From contig JAJHRE010000003.1 in assembly GCA_020832985.1 (NCBI GenBank), forward strand, positions 1 through 57,276: a DNA stretch of 57,276 nucleotides, read 5' to 3'. Made by a program: the position numbers and the translations under genes. Positions within the stretch are counted from its first letter, which is position 1, and each line of letters starts with the position of its first letter. The notes below the pieces were generated by a model, which ran no database searches, was not told the DNA's origin, and was given only the letters and a program-made list of their open reading frames with translations. This document shows positions 36,141-45,743 of the stretch, in pieces. Origin of the DNA: Desulfurococcaceae archaeon (GTDB lineage Archaea; Thermoproteota; Thermoprotei_A; Sulfolobales; NBVN01).

Positions 36141-37130
36141 TTGCTCCCTCCCGAGAAGTTATTAGATATGTATTATAAGATGGTACTAATTAGAGCGTTC
36201 GAGGATAAAGTCCACGAACTCTTCGCTCAGGGTAAGATCCCTGGATTCGTACATCTCTACGCTGGTGAGGAAGCTGTAGCAGTTGGTGTCATATCTAACT
36301 TGAAGAAAGGTGATTACATCACTAGTACTCATAGAGGCCACGGCCACTGCATAGCTATGGGAGTCGATATTAAGGGTATGATGGCTGAACTCTTCGGTAG
36401 GAAGACCGGTACGTGTAAGGGTAAGGGAGGTTCTATGCATATAGCTGATTTCGAGGTCGGTATGTTAGGTGCTAACGGTATAGTAGGTGCTGGAGGACCT
36501 CTAGCTGTAGGTGCTGCATTAGCTCTGAAGTATAAGGGTACTGATAACGTAGTTGTATGCTTCGCAGGCGATGGTGCTCAGAATCAAGGTGCTATACTTG
36601 AGTCACTTAACCTAGCTGCTATATGGAAGCTACCTGTGATATTCGTTGTTGAAGATAACCAATACGCTATATCGTTAAGGAGTTTAACACCATCTAAGCT
36701 ACAGCCTAGGACCTCAACAGCTAGGTCAGTCGCTGAGAGGGCTGTAGGTTTCGGCATCCCGAGTGTTACTGTTGATGGTCAGGACGTATTAGCTGTGTAT
36801 GAAGCAGCTAAGGCAGCTGTAGAACGTGCTAGGAGGGGTGAGGGTCCATCACTACTTGACTGTAAGACCTACAGGTATTACGGGCATTTCGAAGGTGATC
36901 CTATGGTGTATAGGAGTGTTGAGGAGATTGAGGAGTGGAGGAAGCGTGACCCGATATTACTGTTTAAGCAGAGGTTGATTAGAGATGGTATAGCTACTGA
37001 GGAATTACTTGAGGACATCCGTAGGAGGGCTGTTAAGGAGGTTGAAGATGCTGTAGAGTTTGCTGAGAGGAGTCCCTACCCAGAACCTAGTGAGGCATAT
37101 ACAGATGTATTCACAGACCCTTACTACTGA
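36141..37130 (+). CDS. 2-oxoacid/acetoin dehydrogenase E1 component, alpha subunit (TPP-dependent)
   Basis: YRGHGH-like TSTHRGHGHC and the TPP-binding GDGAQNQGAILESLNLAAIWKLPVIFVVEDNQYA motif. Confidence 0.85.
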   Translation: MLPPEKLLDMYYKMVLIRAFEDKVHELFAQGKIPGFVHLYAGEEAVAVGVISNLKKGDYITSTHRGHGHCIAMGVDIKGMMAELFGRKTGTCKGKGGSMHIADFEVGMLGANGIVGAGGPLAVGAALALKYKGTDNVVVCFAGDGAQNQGAILESLNLAAIWKLPVIFVVEDNQYAISLRSLTPSKLQPRTSTARSVAERAVGFGIPSVTVDGQDVLAVYEAAKAAVERARRGEGPSLLDCKTYRYYGHFEGDPMVYRSVEEIEEWRKRDPILLFKQRLIRDGIATEELLEDIRRRAVKEVEDAVEFAERSPYPEPSEAYTDVFTDPYY

Positions 37131-37139
37131 GGTGGTTGT

Positions 37140-38129
37140 ATGGGTGAGGTAAGGGAAATCACATTCGTAGAAGCCTTGAATGAGGCCTTAATGCAGGAGA
37201 TGGAGAGAGACCCTAATGTCATAGTCATGGGTGAGGACGTAGGTGTTTACGGAGGCATCTTCGGAGTTACTAAAGGGTTACTACAGAAGTTCGGTCCTGA
37301 CAGAGTTATAGATACACCGATATCTGAGGCAGGATTCATAGGTGCTGCTGTAGGTGCTGCAGCAGCTGGTTTAAGACCTGTAGTTGAGTTAATGTTTGTA
37401 GACTTCTTCGGAGTTTGTATGGATCAGATATATAATCAAGCAGCTAAGATGCGTTATATGTTCGGAGGTAAGATTAAGATACCTGTAACGATTAGGACTA
37501 CCATAGGTGGTGGTCTCTCAGCAGCTGCTCAACACTCTCAAGTACTGTACTCAATATTCGCGCACGTACCAGGCCTTAAGGTAGTAGTACCTTCAACACC
37601 TTACGATGCTAAAGGACTACTAATCACTGCTATCAGGGATGACAACCCTAAGATATTCTTCGAACATAAACTACTCTATGGTGTGAGAGGACCTGTACCT
37701 AAGGAGCCCTACACAATACCCTTCGGAGTTGCTGATGTTAAGATGGAGGGGAGTGACGTAACCGTAGTTGCTGTAGCCTACATGGTTCACGAAGCTCTTA
37801 AAGCTGCTAACGAGTTGAAGAAGGAAGGTATTAGTGTTGAGGTTATAGACCCTAGAACCTTAGTACCGTTTGATAAGGAGGCTGTTATTAAGTCTGTTAA
37901 GAAGACTGGTAGGTTAGTAGTTGTTGATGAAGACTACGACAGGTGTGGTTTTGCTTCCTGGGTTGCAGCTATAGTAGCTGATGAGTGTTTCGGGTACTTA
38001 GACGCACCTATAAAGAGGGTTACAACACCTACAGTACCAATACCGTTTAGCCCGGTCTTAGAGAAGGAGATACTACCTAACGCTGAGAAGATAATTAAGG
38101 CTGTTAAGGAAGTCGTTAGGAAGGCTTAA
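37140..38129 (+). CDS. 2-oxoacid/acetoin dehydrogenase E1 component, beta subunit
   Basis: VIVMGEDVGVYGGIFGVTKGL...RVIDTPISEAGFIGAAVGAA is typical of E1 beta. 329 aa. Confidence 0.85.
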   Translation: MGEVREITFVEALNEALMQEMERDPNVIVMGEDVGVYGGIFGVTKGLLQKFGPDRVIDTPISEAGFIGAAVGAAAAGLRPVVELMFVDFFGVCMDQIYNQAAKMRYMFGGKIKIPVTIRTTIGGGLSAAAQHSQVLYSIFAHVPGLKVVVPSTPYDAKGLLITAIRDDNPKIFFEHKLLYGVRGPVPKEPYTIPFGVADVKMEGSDVTVVAVAYMVHEALKAANELKKEGISVEVIDPRTLVPFDKEAVIKSVKKTGRLVVVDEDYDRCGFASWVAAIVADECFGYLDAPIKRVTTPTVPIPFSPVLEKEILPNAEKIIKAVKEVVRKA

Positions 38130-38156
38130 CCTAACCTATTTTTCCCCTTATTACCC

Positions 38157-39155
38157 ATGTTTTCGGTGTTGGTCATGGTTATTAAAGCTGGGTTAATAAT
38201 AAATCCAGATGCTGGTAAGGATATTAGGAGGTTAGTCTCATCAGCTAGTTACTTAAGTAATTTCACTAAGGTAGAGTTAGGTAAGAGGGTGGTTATGGGT
38301 TTAGATGCTGGTGGTGTTGATGAAGTACTCATAATGCATGATAATTACGGTTTAGGTGAGGATGTATTTACTACCCTATCTAAACGTGTCTCAGCTAGTT
38401 TGAAGTTAGTTGAGACTAGAGGTACGGGTACGGCTTTAGACACTATAGTAGCTGCTAAGAAGATGAAGGAGGACGGTGTTAAAGCCATAGTTGTAGTAGG
38501 TGGTGATGGTACTTTAAGAGCTGTATTTAAGGGTTGTGGAGGTGATGTACCGATGGTCTGTGTTGCAGCAGGGACTAATAACGTGACTGGAGCGTTCTAC
38601 GACGCAACATTAGTTGGTTACGCTGCAGGATTAGTAGCTACTGGTAAGGTATTAAATGATTGTTTAATTAAGGCTAAATCGTTAGAGGTATTACTTAACG
38701 GTAAGTCAGTAGATACTGCAGTCATAGATGTAGCGGTACTTAAGACCCCATATATAGGTGCTAGAGCTATAGTTGATGTGGATTACCTAGCCTATGCAGT
38801 GTTTAGTAAGGGTGAGCCAACAGATATAGGTCTAGCATCGATTCTAGGGTTCTTAAGACCTACATCGTTTGAGAGTGATTTAGGTTACTTAGTAGAGTTT
38901 GGTGAGGGAGGTCTTAAGGTCAGGTCTGTAGTGATGCCTGGTGAGTTCAGGGAAGTCAGTATTAAGAGTTTTAGACCTGTAAGTATTGGTGAGGTTGTAG
39001 AGATCCCGCAGGATAGGTATACAGTGGCTTTAGATGGTGAGAGGGAGTTAGAGGTAACTAAGGACGATGTAGTAGGTGTGAAGCTCCTACGTAACGGACC
39101 CTTACTGATAAACGTATGTAGGGTTTTAAGGAGTGTGTCTGTTATGGGTGGGTAA
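38157..39155 (+). CDS. ATP-NAD kinase/diacylglycerol-kinase-fold protein, AcoX-like
   Basis: VVVGGDGTLR is the NAD-kinase GGDGT motif. It lies between the E1 beta and E2 genes, like acoX in bacterial acetoin operons. The likely start is the internal MVIKAGLIINP. Confidence 0.6.
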   Translation: MFSVLVMVIKAGLIINPDAGKDIRRLVSSASYLSNFTKVELGKRVVMGLDAGGVDEVLIMHDNYGLGEDVFTTLSKRVSASLKLVETRGTGTALDTIVAAKKMKEDGVKAIVVVGGDGTLRAVFKGCGGDVPMVCVAAGTNNVTGAFYDATLVGYAAGLVATGKVLNDCLIKAKSLEVLLNGKSVDTAVIDVAVLKTPYIGARAIVDVDYLAYAVFSKGEPTDIGLASILGFLRPTSFESDLGYLVEFGEGGLKVRSVVMPGEFREVSIKSFRPVSIGEVVEIPQDRYTVALDGERELEVTKDDVVGVKLLRNGPLLINVCRVLRSVSVMGG

Positions 39156-39158
39156 CCC

Positions 39159-40352
39159 ATGGTCGTAGAGGTGAGGATGCCTAAACTAGGTTTAACGATG
39201 ACTAAAGGTGTAGTTAAGAAGTGGTTGAAGAATGAAGGTGATAAGGTAAGTAAGGGTGAGCCCCTACTAGTTATTGAGACTGAGAAGATCACAGCTAATG
39301 TTGAGGCCCCTACCTCCGGCTACCTCCTGAAGATAGTAGCTCCTGTAGGGACTACAGTTCCTGTAGGGGGTGTAGTCGCGTTTATAGGTGAGTTAGGTGA
39401 GGCAGTACCTGAAGTCATCACTCAACCACAACCTACTAGACCTGTAGAGAGGGTAGTACCTGAAGCCCCCACCCCACCCCCACCACCTACTAGGGTTAGA
39501 GCTACGCCTAGGGCTAGGATGATAGCTGAGAAGGAAGGTATTGACTTAAGTCTTATTAAGGGTTCAGGTCCTGGAGGGTTAATAGTTGAGGAGGACGTTA
39601 TTAAGTATTTAGAGGAGGTTAGAAAGAAGACTAAGACTGGGTTGAGGGTTAGGGAGGTTATACCGTTAACATCTTTAAGGATGACCATAGCTGAGAGGAT
39701 GACTGAGAGTTTAAGGATTATGGCTCAAGTAACTATATGTAGGGAGGAGGTAGTCGATAACGTCGTTAAGATTAGGGAGGAGTTACTACCGTTGATTGAG
39801 AAGGAGGTTGGGATTAGACTAACATACACACCAATACTGATTAAGTTAGTTGCTGAGGTGTTGAAGGAATTTCCAATAATTAACTCAACACTTGAGGATA
39901 ACATGATTAAAGTTATTGATGAGATCAATATAGGCTTTGCAGTTGCTGTAGATCATGGATTAGTAGTACCTGTAGTTAAGGAAGCTGATAAGAAGTCTTT
40001 GAAGGAGGTGGTAATTATATGTAATGAGCTTACTAGGAAGGCTAGGGAAGGGAGGTTAAGTATTGAGGATGTTAGTGGTGGTACATTCACTATAACTAAC
40101 TTAGGTATGTATGGTATCGACGCATTCACACCTATAATAAACCCACCTCAAATAGCTATATTAGGTGTTGGTAGGTTCGTACAGAAACCTGTAGTTCAGG
40201 AAGGTAGGGTAAACATAGCTACTGTATGTACCTTCAGTCTAACCTTCGACCATAGAGTTGTAGATGGGCATACAGCTGCTCAATTCCTCGACAAGCTAGT
40301 AAGTTTGATTAAGGATGAGAGTAGGTTGAGGGCTGTCTTAAGTGTCAAGTAG
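39159..40352 (+). CDS. Dihydrolipoamide acyltransferase (E2) with a single lipoyl domain
   Basis: Lipoyl-lysine motif VIETEKITANVEAP, Pro-rich linker PTPPPPPTR, subunit-binding domain ATPRARMIAEKEGIDL, and catalytic DHRVVDG. Confidence 0.9.
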   Translation: MVVEVRMPKLGLTMTKGVVKKWLKNEGDKVSKGEPLLVIETEKITANVEAPTSGYLLKIVAPVGTTVPVGGVVAFIGELGEAVPEVITQPQPTRPVERVVPEAPTPPPPPTRVRATPRARMIAEKEGIDLSLIKGSGPGGLIVEEDVIKYLEEVRKKTKTGLRVREVIPLTSLRMTIAERMTESLRIMAQVTICREEVVDNVVKIREELLPLIEKEVGIRLTYTPILIKLVAEVLKEFPIINSTLEDNMIKVIDEINIGFAVAVDHGLVVPVVKEADKKSLKEVVIICNELTRKAREGRLSIEDVSGGTFTITNLGMYGIDAFTPIINPPQIAILGVGRFVQKPVVQEGRVNIATVCTFSLTFDHRVVDGHTAAQFLDKLVSLIKDESRLRAVLSVK

Positions 40353-41688
40353 AGAGTATGATGTGTTAGTAGTAGGTGGTGGTCCAGCAGGATATTATGC
40401 TGGGTTGATAACAGCTGTTAAAGGGCTTAAGACATTACTAGTTGAAGAGGAACGTATTGGAGGTACTTGCTTAAATAGGAGTTGTGTACCGTTAGCTACA
40501 TTACTAAAATACTTATCAACTACGGATTTAATTGATAAGTTATCACGTGAGGGTGTAGGTATCTCAGTAGGTAATTTATCCATAGATGCTGGGAAACTCT
40601 TCAACTACGTAAGAAGTAATGTAGTTAATACTCTTTCAGAATCTATGAGGAAAACACTTGAGGACTTAGGTGTTGATGTACTGAACGGTAAAGCAGTCTT
40701 AGTGAATGATAGTACAGCTAAGGTAGGTGATTCCTACATTAAGTTTAAGAAGGCTATAATAGCTACAGGTCTTAAGTGGGGTTCAGGTAGTGGGGTTAGG
40801 CCATGTACAGAGTTTATAGACCTTAATGAATTACCTAGTAAGGTATTAATCATTGGATGTAATCCCTTCGGTTTATCAATAGCTAGTATCTACAGTATGT
40901 TAGGTTCTGAGGTCATAGTAGTTGATGAGGGTTCTGAGGTGTTGAAGGATTTCGATAAGGAGGTAGTTAATTACTTGATGTTAGCTTTAGCTGAGAGGGG
41001 GGTTGAGGTGATGACCGATACAGTAGTTAATAGCGTCGTAGTTAAGCAGGGGGTTAAGGAGGTACGTCTGGTGAGGGGTAATGAAGTATTAACTGTAGGT
41101 GTTGATGAGGTGTTTAACGCATCTGTGTGTAATCCTAGGTTGGATGTGTTAGGAGGCCTCAACATTAAGTTACGTGATGGTTATGTATGGGTTGATGCTA
41201 GCTTAAGGACTAGCGTAGGTAATATATACGCTGCTGGTGACGTCACCGGTCTCTCAACATATGCCCACACAGCTATAGTTCAGGGGGTAGTAGCTGGTGT
41301 GAACGTCTCTGGCGGTAATATGAACTTCACTTATAGGGTATCACCACGATATACATTCACATACCCTGAGATATTCTCAGTAGGTTTAACTGAGGATGAA
41401 GCTAAGAGTTTAGGTTATGAAGTCTTAACAGCACGTCAATCACTAACTTCTAACGCCTTAGCTAGGGCGTCTATGTCTAGCGGTATGGTTAAAGTAGTAG
41501 TTGATTCTAGGTATGGGGGTGTATTAGGCGTGCATGCTGTTGGTTACGGAATATCCGAAGTCGTGAATGAGGCATCTATAGCCGTAACTCTAGAATCTAC
41601 GTCAGACACAGTAATTAACACGTTATTAGCTCATCCGACATTAGGTGAGGTTTTAAGAGATGCATTACTTCAGGTTCTTAAGGTATGA
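40342..41688 (+). CDS. lpdA: Dihydrolipoamide dehydrogenase (E3)
   Basis: FAD motif VVGGGPAGY, redox-active disulfide GGTCLNRSCVP, and a C-terminal HPTLGE. GTG start overlapping the end of E2. Confidence 0.85.
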   Translation: MSSREYDVLVVGGGPAGYYAGLITAVKGLKTLLVEEERIGGTCLNRSCVPLATLLKYLSTTDLIDKLSREGVGISVGNLSIDAGKLFNYVRSNVVNTLSESMRKTLEDLGVDVLNGKAVLVNDSTAKVGDSYIKFKKAIIATGLKWGSGSGVRPCTEFIDLNELPSKVLIIGCNPFGLSIASIYSMLGSEVIVVDEGSEVLKDFDKEVVNYLMLALAERGVEVMTDTVVNSVVVKQGVKEVRLVRGNEVLTVGVDEVFNASVCNPRLDVLGGLNIKLRDGYVWVDASLRTSVGNIYAAGDVTGLSTYAHTAIVQGVVAGVNVSGGNMNFTYRVSPRYTFTYPEIFSVGLTEDEAKSLGYEVLTARQSLTSNALARASMSSGMVKVVVDSRYGGVLGVHAVGYGISEVVNEASIAVTLESTSDTVINTLLAHPTLGEVLRDALLQVLKV

Positions 41689-42392
41689 ATGTAAGGGTTA
41701 TAGAATCGTTAATACCTTCAGACCCCTACATGAACTTAGCTGTTGAGGAAGCTCTAAATAACGTCGAAGTTGATAAACCAGTGATGAGGTTTTGGGTTAA
41801 TAAGCCAGCAGTAGTGTTAGGTAGGTTTGAAGACGTTTTAAGTGAAGTTAATGTAGAGTACTGCTTAAGTAATGATGTAGCTATAGTTAGGAGACACTCA
41901 GGTGGTGGTACGGTATACCATGATGAAGGTAATCTAAACATAACTTTAGTGTTACCTAGAAGTTATGGAGGGAGGTTAACATTATGTTATGATATCCTGA
42001 AGGACGTACTAGTAAGTACTTTAAACTCCTTAGGACTTAAGAACATAACTACAACATCTAATGAGGTATTAGTTAATGATAGGAAGGTCTCAGGTATGGC
42101 TGGCTCACTCACCAAATACTCATTACTTTGTCACTCAACATTATTAGTAAGTAGTGACTTAACTAAGTTAAGAAGTTCTTTAAGGAGGTTGAAGAAGGAG
42201 GTGACTACGTTATCGAGTGAGGTCGGGTACTATACAACTATCGAAGAAGTCTACACATACCTAATAAAATCATTAAATGAGGTGTTCTTATGGAGGATCT
42301 TCATAGATGATCTAACCGTAGATGAGGTTAAGCTAGCAGAGGAGTTATACCTAAGTAAGTACTTACGTGACTCATGGAACTTCAAAACTTAA
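41685..42392 (+). CDS. lplA: Lipoate-protein ligase A (catalytic domain)
   Basis: VRRHSGGGTVYHDEGNLNITLV is the LplA signature. A 4-nt overlap links it to E3. Confidence 0.8.
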   Translation: MNVRVIESLIPSDPYMNLAVEEALNNVEVDKPVMRFWVNKPAVVLGRFEDVLSEVNVEYCLSNDVAIVRRHSGGGTVYHDEGNLNITLVLPRSYGGRLTLCYDILKDVLVSTLNSLGLKNITTTSNEVLVNDRKVSGMAGSLTKYSLLCHSTLLVSSDLTKLRSSLRRLKKEVTTLSSEVGYYTTIEEVYTYLIKSLNEVFLWRIFIDDLTVDEVKLAEELYLSKYLRDSWNFKT

Positions 42393-42542
42393 TATGGTGT
42401 TAGCTGATTAGTAGGTAATGATGAGTTTAGACATACGTCGTAGTGGTAATCCTAAATCAACGTCTTCAGACCGATCTACATTGTTTAAGGTGTTTATAGT
42501 TTATATACCTCGTTTAAGGTGTTATTAGTGGCAACCCCGTAA

Positions 42543-42947
42543 ATGAACATTAATAATCCTGTGTTATTATTAAGGAGGGTGAAGATCCTCTTAAGTATGG
42601 CTTCAGTAACTTTCCTCATAGTCGGTATTGCATTACTAACTACATGTGTTGTGACCTTAATAACTACGTCAGTGTTAAGTATTACTACGATCTTAAGCTA
42701 CGACTTTTCAGACCTACCTAGACTCATATACCTGATGTTATCAGGTACTATCTCAATCTACGGCTACGTAGAGTTAAATGATGTTTCCTCAGCTATTGAT
42801 AACGGTAGGTTCGATAATCTTAAGGAATCCTTACTTATCTGGGGTGTTTTAGGGTTGGTGTTCGGTTTAGTATTACCAGGTGTTATATTACTCATAATAC
42901 TGTTGAGATATTACGATATGCTTATAAAAGTAACTACAGCTATTTAG
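42543..42947 (+). CDS. Small integral membrane protein
   Basis: 134 aa with 3-4 TM helices. It is first in a three-gene same-strand cluster. Confidence 0.45.
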   Translation: MNINNPVLLLRRVKILLSMASVTFLIVGIALLTTCVVTLITTSVLSITTILSYDFSDLPRLIYLMLSGTISIYGYVELNDVSSAIDNGRFDNLKESLLIWGVLGLVFGLVLPGVILLIILLRYYDMLIKVTTAI

Positions 42948-42960
42948 ACTAGGTGTTTAA

Positions 42961-43695
42961 GTGTCATACATGTATAGTAAGAGGTTTATGGTGTTTAGCC
43001 AAGTATATGGACAGTTAATAATCCTCATACTAGCTATAGTTAATACCTACTACCCGCAATACCTCACCTACACATTCGTAATATTCATACTATCTATGTT
43101 TATAATGATGTACTTTACTTTAAGAACATCACTTAAGCATGTTGTAGGTAGTGAGGCTAAGGATATAAGAAGTGGTAGGAAGATACTTGAGGTCAGTCCT
43201 GAGGATGTCATGAGTGTAGTACAGCATGATTTAAAACTTAATGAGGAGTTAAAACCTATGGTTAAATCATCACTACTGAGTCTAGCTAATATGGTCTTAC
43301 TACTTCTTTGGTACTACCTATACTTCAACGTAGTCATACATTACTTTGAAGGAGGTGAGCTCATGATTAAATTCATAGGCTTCCTACTAGGTTATGAGAT
43401 ACCGTACATAGCTGTTACTTTACTGAACATATTTATGAGGAGGTCTTCTAAAGTCATGATTCAAGTAATTAGGAGTTACACAATATATGATAGAGGGATT
43501 GTAGGGGCTGGAATAACTGTTAAGTTCCCCATACCTAAGGAATTCACAGTTAATGTAGACCCTGCTAGGAAGTTCGTAGAACTAGTTAAAAACGATAAGG
43601 ATGTAGTGATTAAGTATAGACTCTACAGTAAGAACTATGATAGAATTGCTGATTTAATAAGTAGGTATGGTAGACCTAAAAGTGATGTTAAGTGA
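42961..43695 (+). CDS. Membrane protein, paralogue of 30729-31463 (DUF2208-like)
   Basis: Same 244-aa length and conserved C-terminal block as 30729-31463. A 4-nt overlap links it to the next gene. Confidence 0.6.
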   Translation: MSYMYSKRFMVFSQVYGQLIILILAIVNTYYPQYLTYTFVIFILSMFIMMYFTLRTSLKHVVGSEAKDIRSGRKILEVSPEDVMSVVQHDLKLNEELKPMVKSSLLSLANMVLLLLWYYLYFNVVIHYFEGGELMIKFIGFLLGYEIPYIAVTLLNIFMRRSSKVMIQVIRSYTIYDRGIVGAGITVKFPIPKEFTVNVDPARKFVELVKNDKDVVIKYRLYSKNYDRIADLISRYGRPKSDVK

Positions 43696-45047
43696 TTAAC
43701 TGTAAGGTACTGTGTTTACTTCTTATATTAACCCTAACACTATCGTTAACACCTTTAAAAGCTAGTGTTAATTGCTTAGAGCTTGAGTTAGGTTTAAGAG
43801 TAAGTAGGCTATACCAACCAGTAATTCATAACTATATGATTTTAACACCTACAGATTCAGGCGTACTTACCCTAGACTTACGTAGTGATGAGGTCTACAT
43901 GTTGTTGAGTATGGGTACTCATAGGTTAGGTTTAGTATCAGATAATTTATTAGTAGGTATTAGTAAGACTTTAAATAACACCTACATAACACTCATTAAT
44001 AACAACTCATTAGTAAGTGTTAGGTTAGACCCTACTTCAGTACTCTACGACTTACTAGGGCTTAATAATGAGGTACTGCTTACTGGGTATGTACTAGTTA
44101 ATAACTCATACAAGTTACTACTTACTAAATTTAATGTCTCTGAAGTCTCCCTCAACTCATACATAGCTAACTGTACAGCATGTTACGGTAGGAAGGTATT
44201 AAGATACGGTGACTCTATATTCGTAGTCGGTTCTACATATTCTAGAGACCCTAACTACTTATGGAGTTATAACGTATTTGTAGGTAGGTTAGATAATAAC
44301 TACTTAATCGGTAAGTATGTGGGTTTAGAAGGCGATGATGAGGTCGTAGATACGTACTTAATCAACGACTACATCTACATTATATTTAATTCGAGGATCT
44401 CAGGACTATACATAGCTGTAGTAAGCTTAGAAGGTCTTAACGTATCTACGTATAAGGTCTTAGTAAATGATAACTTAGTACGATGTACTTCAGCTTCTGT
44501 ATACGGTGATGATTTATTCATGGTTGTAAACGACTTAAACACTAACTACCTACTAATACTGACTACACCAACATTAACTACTAAGGTATTTAACATAGGT
44601 AGTTATTCAACGTTATCAGTAGTAGGTGATTATATAATATTATTGGGTTATAACGTAAGTACTTTAAGGAATTACTTCATAATATGTAACATTACGGACT
44701 TCCTCAAGGGTGTTACAGGTAGTAGCTACGCATCGTTAAAACCTACTAAAGCATACCCAACAGATTTAAAGTTAGGTATTACTGAGTATGTGGTTAAGTA
44801 TGAAGTACTTAATGAGTACTTAACACCTAAGCCAGTTGAGGCTGTGTTTAAGACTTACACACAGGGTCAGGTCAGTCTAACCACCACATCAAGTGATTAC
44901 GTACTAACTACACAGACCTCAAGCAGACCTCTATACGAGTTTAGAGGTAGGGAGGTCTTACATATCTCTGATATATTCTTAATATTAGGTATTACGTTAG
45001 TGATTTCCTCACTAATACTTAAATATTTTATGAGGGTTAGGAGTTAG
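43692..45047 (+). CDS. Exported repeat-containing (beta-propeller-like) glycoprotein with a C-terminal TM anchor
   Basis: Signal peptide LCLLLILTLTLSLTPLKA, many NxS/T sequons, repeated Y/V/L-rich beta-strand units, a Thr/Ser stretch, then TM IFLILGITLVISSLIL. Confidence 0.55.
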   Translation: MINCKVLCLLLILTLTLSLTPLKASVNCLELELGLRVSRLYQPVIHNYMILTPTDSGVLTLDLRSDEVYMLLSMGTHRLGLVSDNLLVGISKTLNNTYITLINNNSLVSVRLDPTSVLYDLLGLNNEVLLTGYVLVNNSYKLLLTKFNVSEVSLNSYIANCTACYGRKVLRYGDSIFVVGSTYSRDPNYLWSYNVFVGRLDNNYLIGKYVGLEGDDEVVDTYLINDYIYIIFNSRISGLYIAVVSLEGLNVSTYKVLVNDNLVRCTSASVYGDDLFMVVNDLNTNYLLILTTPTLTTKVFNIGSYSTLSVVGDYIILLGYNVSTLRNYFIICNITDFLKGVTGSSYASLKPTKAYPTDLKLGITEYVVKYEVLNEYLTPKPVEAVFKTYTQGQVSLTTTSSDYVLTTQTSSRPLYEFRGREVLHISDIFLILGITLVISSLILKYFMRVRS

Positions 45048-45050
45048 GAG

Positions 45051-45743
45051 TTGAGTGTGGACTCACTACTACACGCTATAGAACTCTTTAAATCTGGTAA
45101 GCCAGTATTCATCCACGACTCAAGTACTCGTGAAGATGAGGTCGATATGGTTTACCACGCATCATTCATAACCTATAAGGAGGTCTACATGTTGAGGACT
45201 GTAGCAGGTGGTTTAATATGTTATGTTATGCCTTATGAAGTCGGTAGGGCCCTCGGTCTGAAATTCATGGATGAAATCCTTAGTATTACTGAGTTTAAGG
45301 ACTTAACGAGTAGGAGGTTAAGCTACGGTGATAAACCAGCTTTTAGCTTATGGGTTAACTACGTAGGTGTTAAGACCGGGATTTCAGATATGGATAGAGC
45401 TCTAACCATCTCGAAACTCTATGAAGTAACTGAGTATGTGTTTAAGGGTGCTGTAGATGTTGGTAGGAGGATGTTCTATGAGTCATTCATAAGTCCTGGC
45501 CACGTACCGATACTCCTGAGTAGGGGTGTTAACTTAAGGAGGGGTCATACAGAGTTGAGTGAGTTGTTAGCTAGGTTAGCAGGACTTACACCAGCTACGG
45601 TAATAGCTGAGGTACTTGATGAAGGTACTTCAATGTCTTTAAGTAATGCTAGGAAGCTTGCTGAGAGATTAGGTACTGTGTTAGTGGATGGTGACGCATT
45701 ACTACAGTACTACTTAAGGACTAGTAACTCACCTACTACCTGA
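45051..45743 (+). CDS. ribB: 3,4-dihydroxy-2-butanone 4-phosphate synthase
   Basis: FIHDSSTREDEVDMVYHA...AGGLICYV...SPGHVPIL...RRGHTELS closely follows the archaeal RibB pattern. Confidence 0.85.
   Translation: MSVDSLLHAIELFKSGKPVFIHDSSTREDEVDMVYHASFITYKEVYMLRTVAGGLICYVMPYEVGRALGLKFMDEILSITEFKDLTSRRLSYGDKPAFSLWVNYVGVKTGISDMDRALTISKLYEVTEYVFKGAVDVGRRMFYESFISPGHVPILLSRGVNLRRGHTELSELLARLAGLTPATVIAEVLDEGTSMSLSNARKLAERLGTVLVDGDALLQYYLRTSNSPTT

Noticed and set aside
42418-42475. Possible box C/D sRNA in the LplA-downstream intergenic region (AATGATGAG at 42418).
   Set aside because: A C-box-like heptamer is present, but no CUGA D box or C'/D' pair occurs at appropriate spacing; only CAGA at ~42467 was found. 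The isolated GTGATGA motifs at ~7423 and ~14130 are similar cases.
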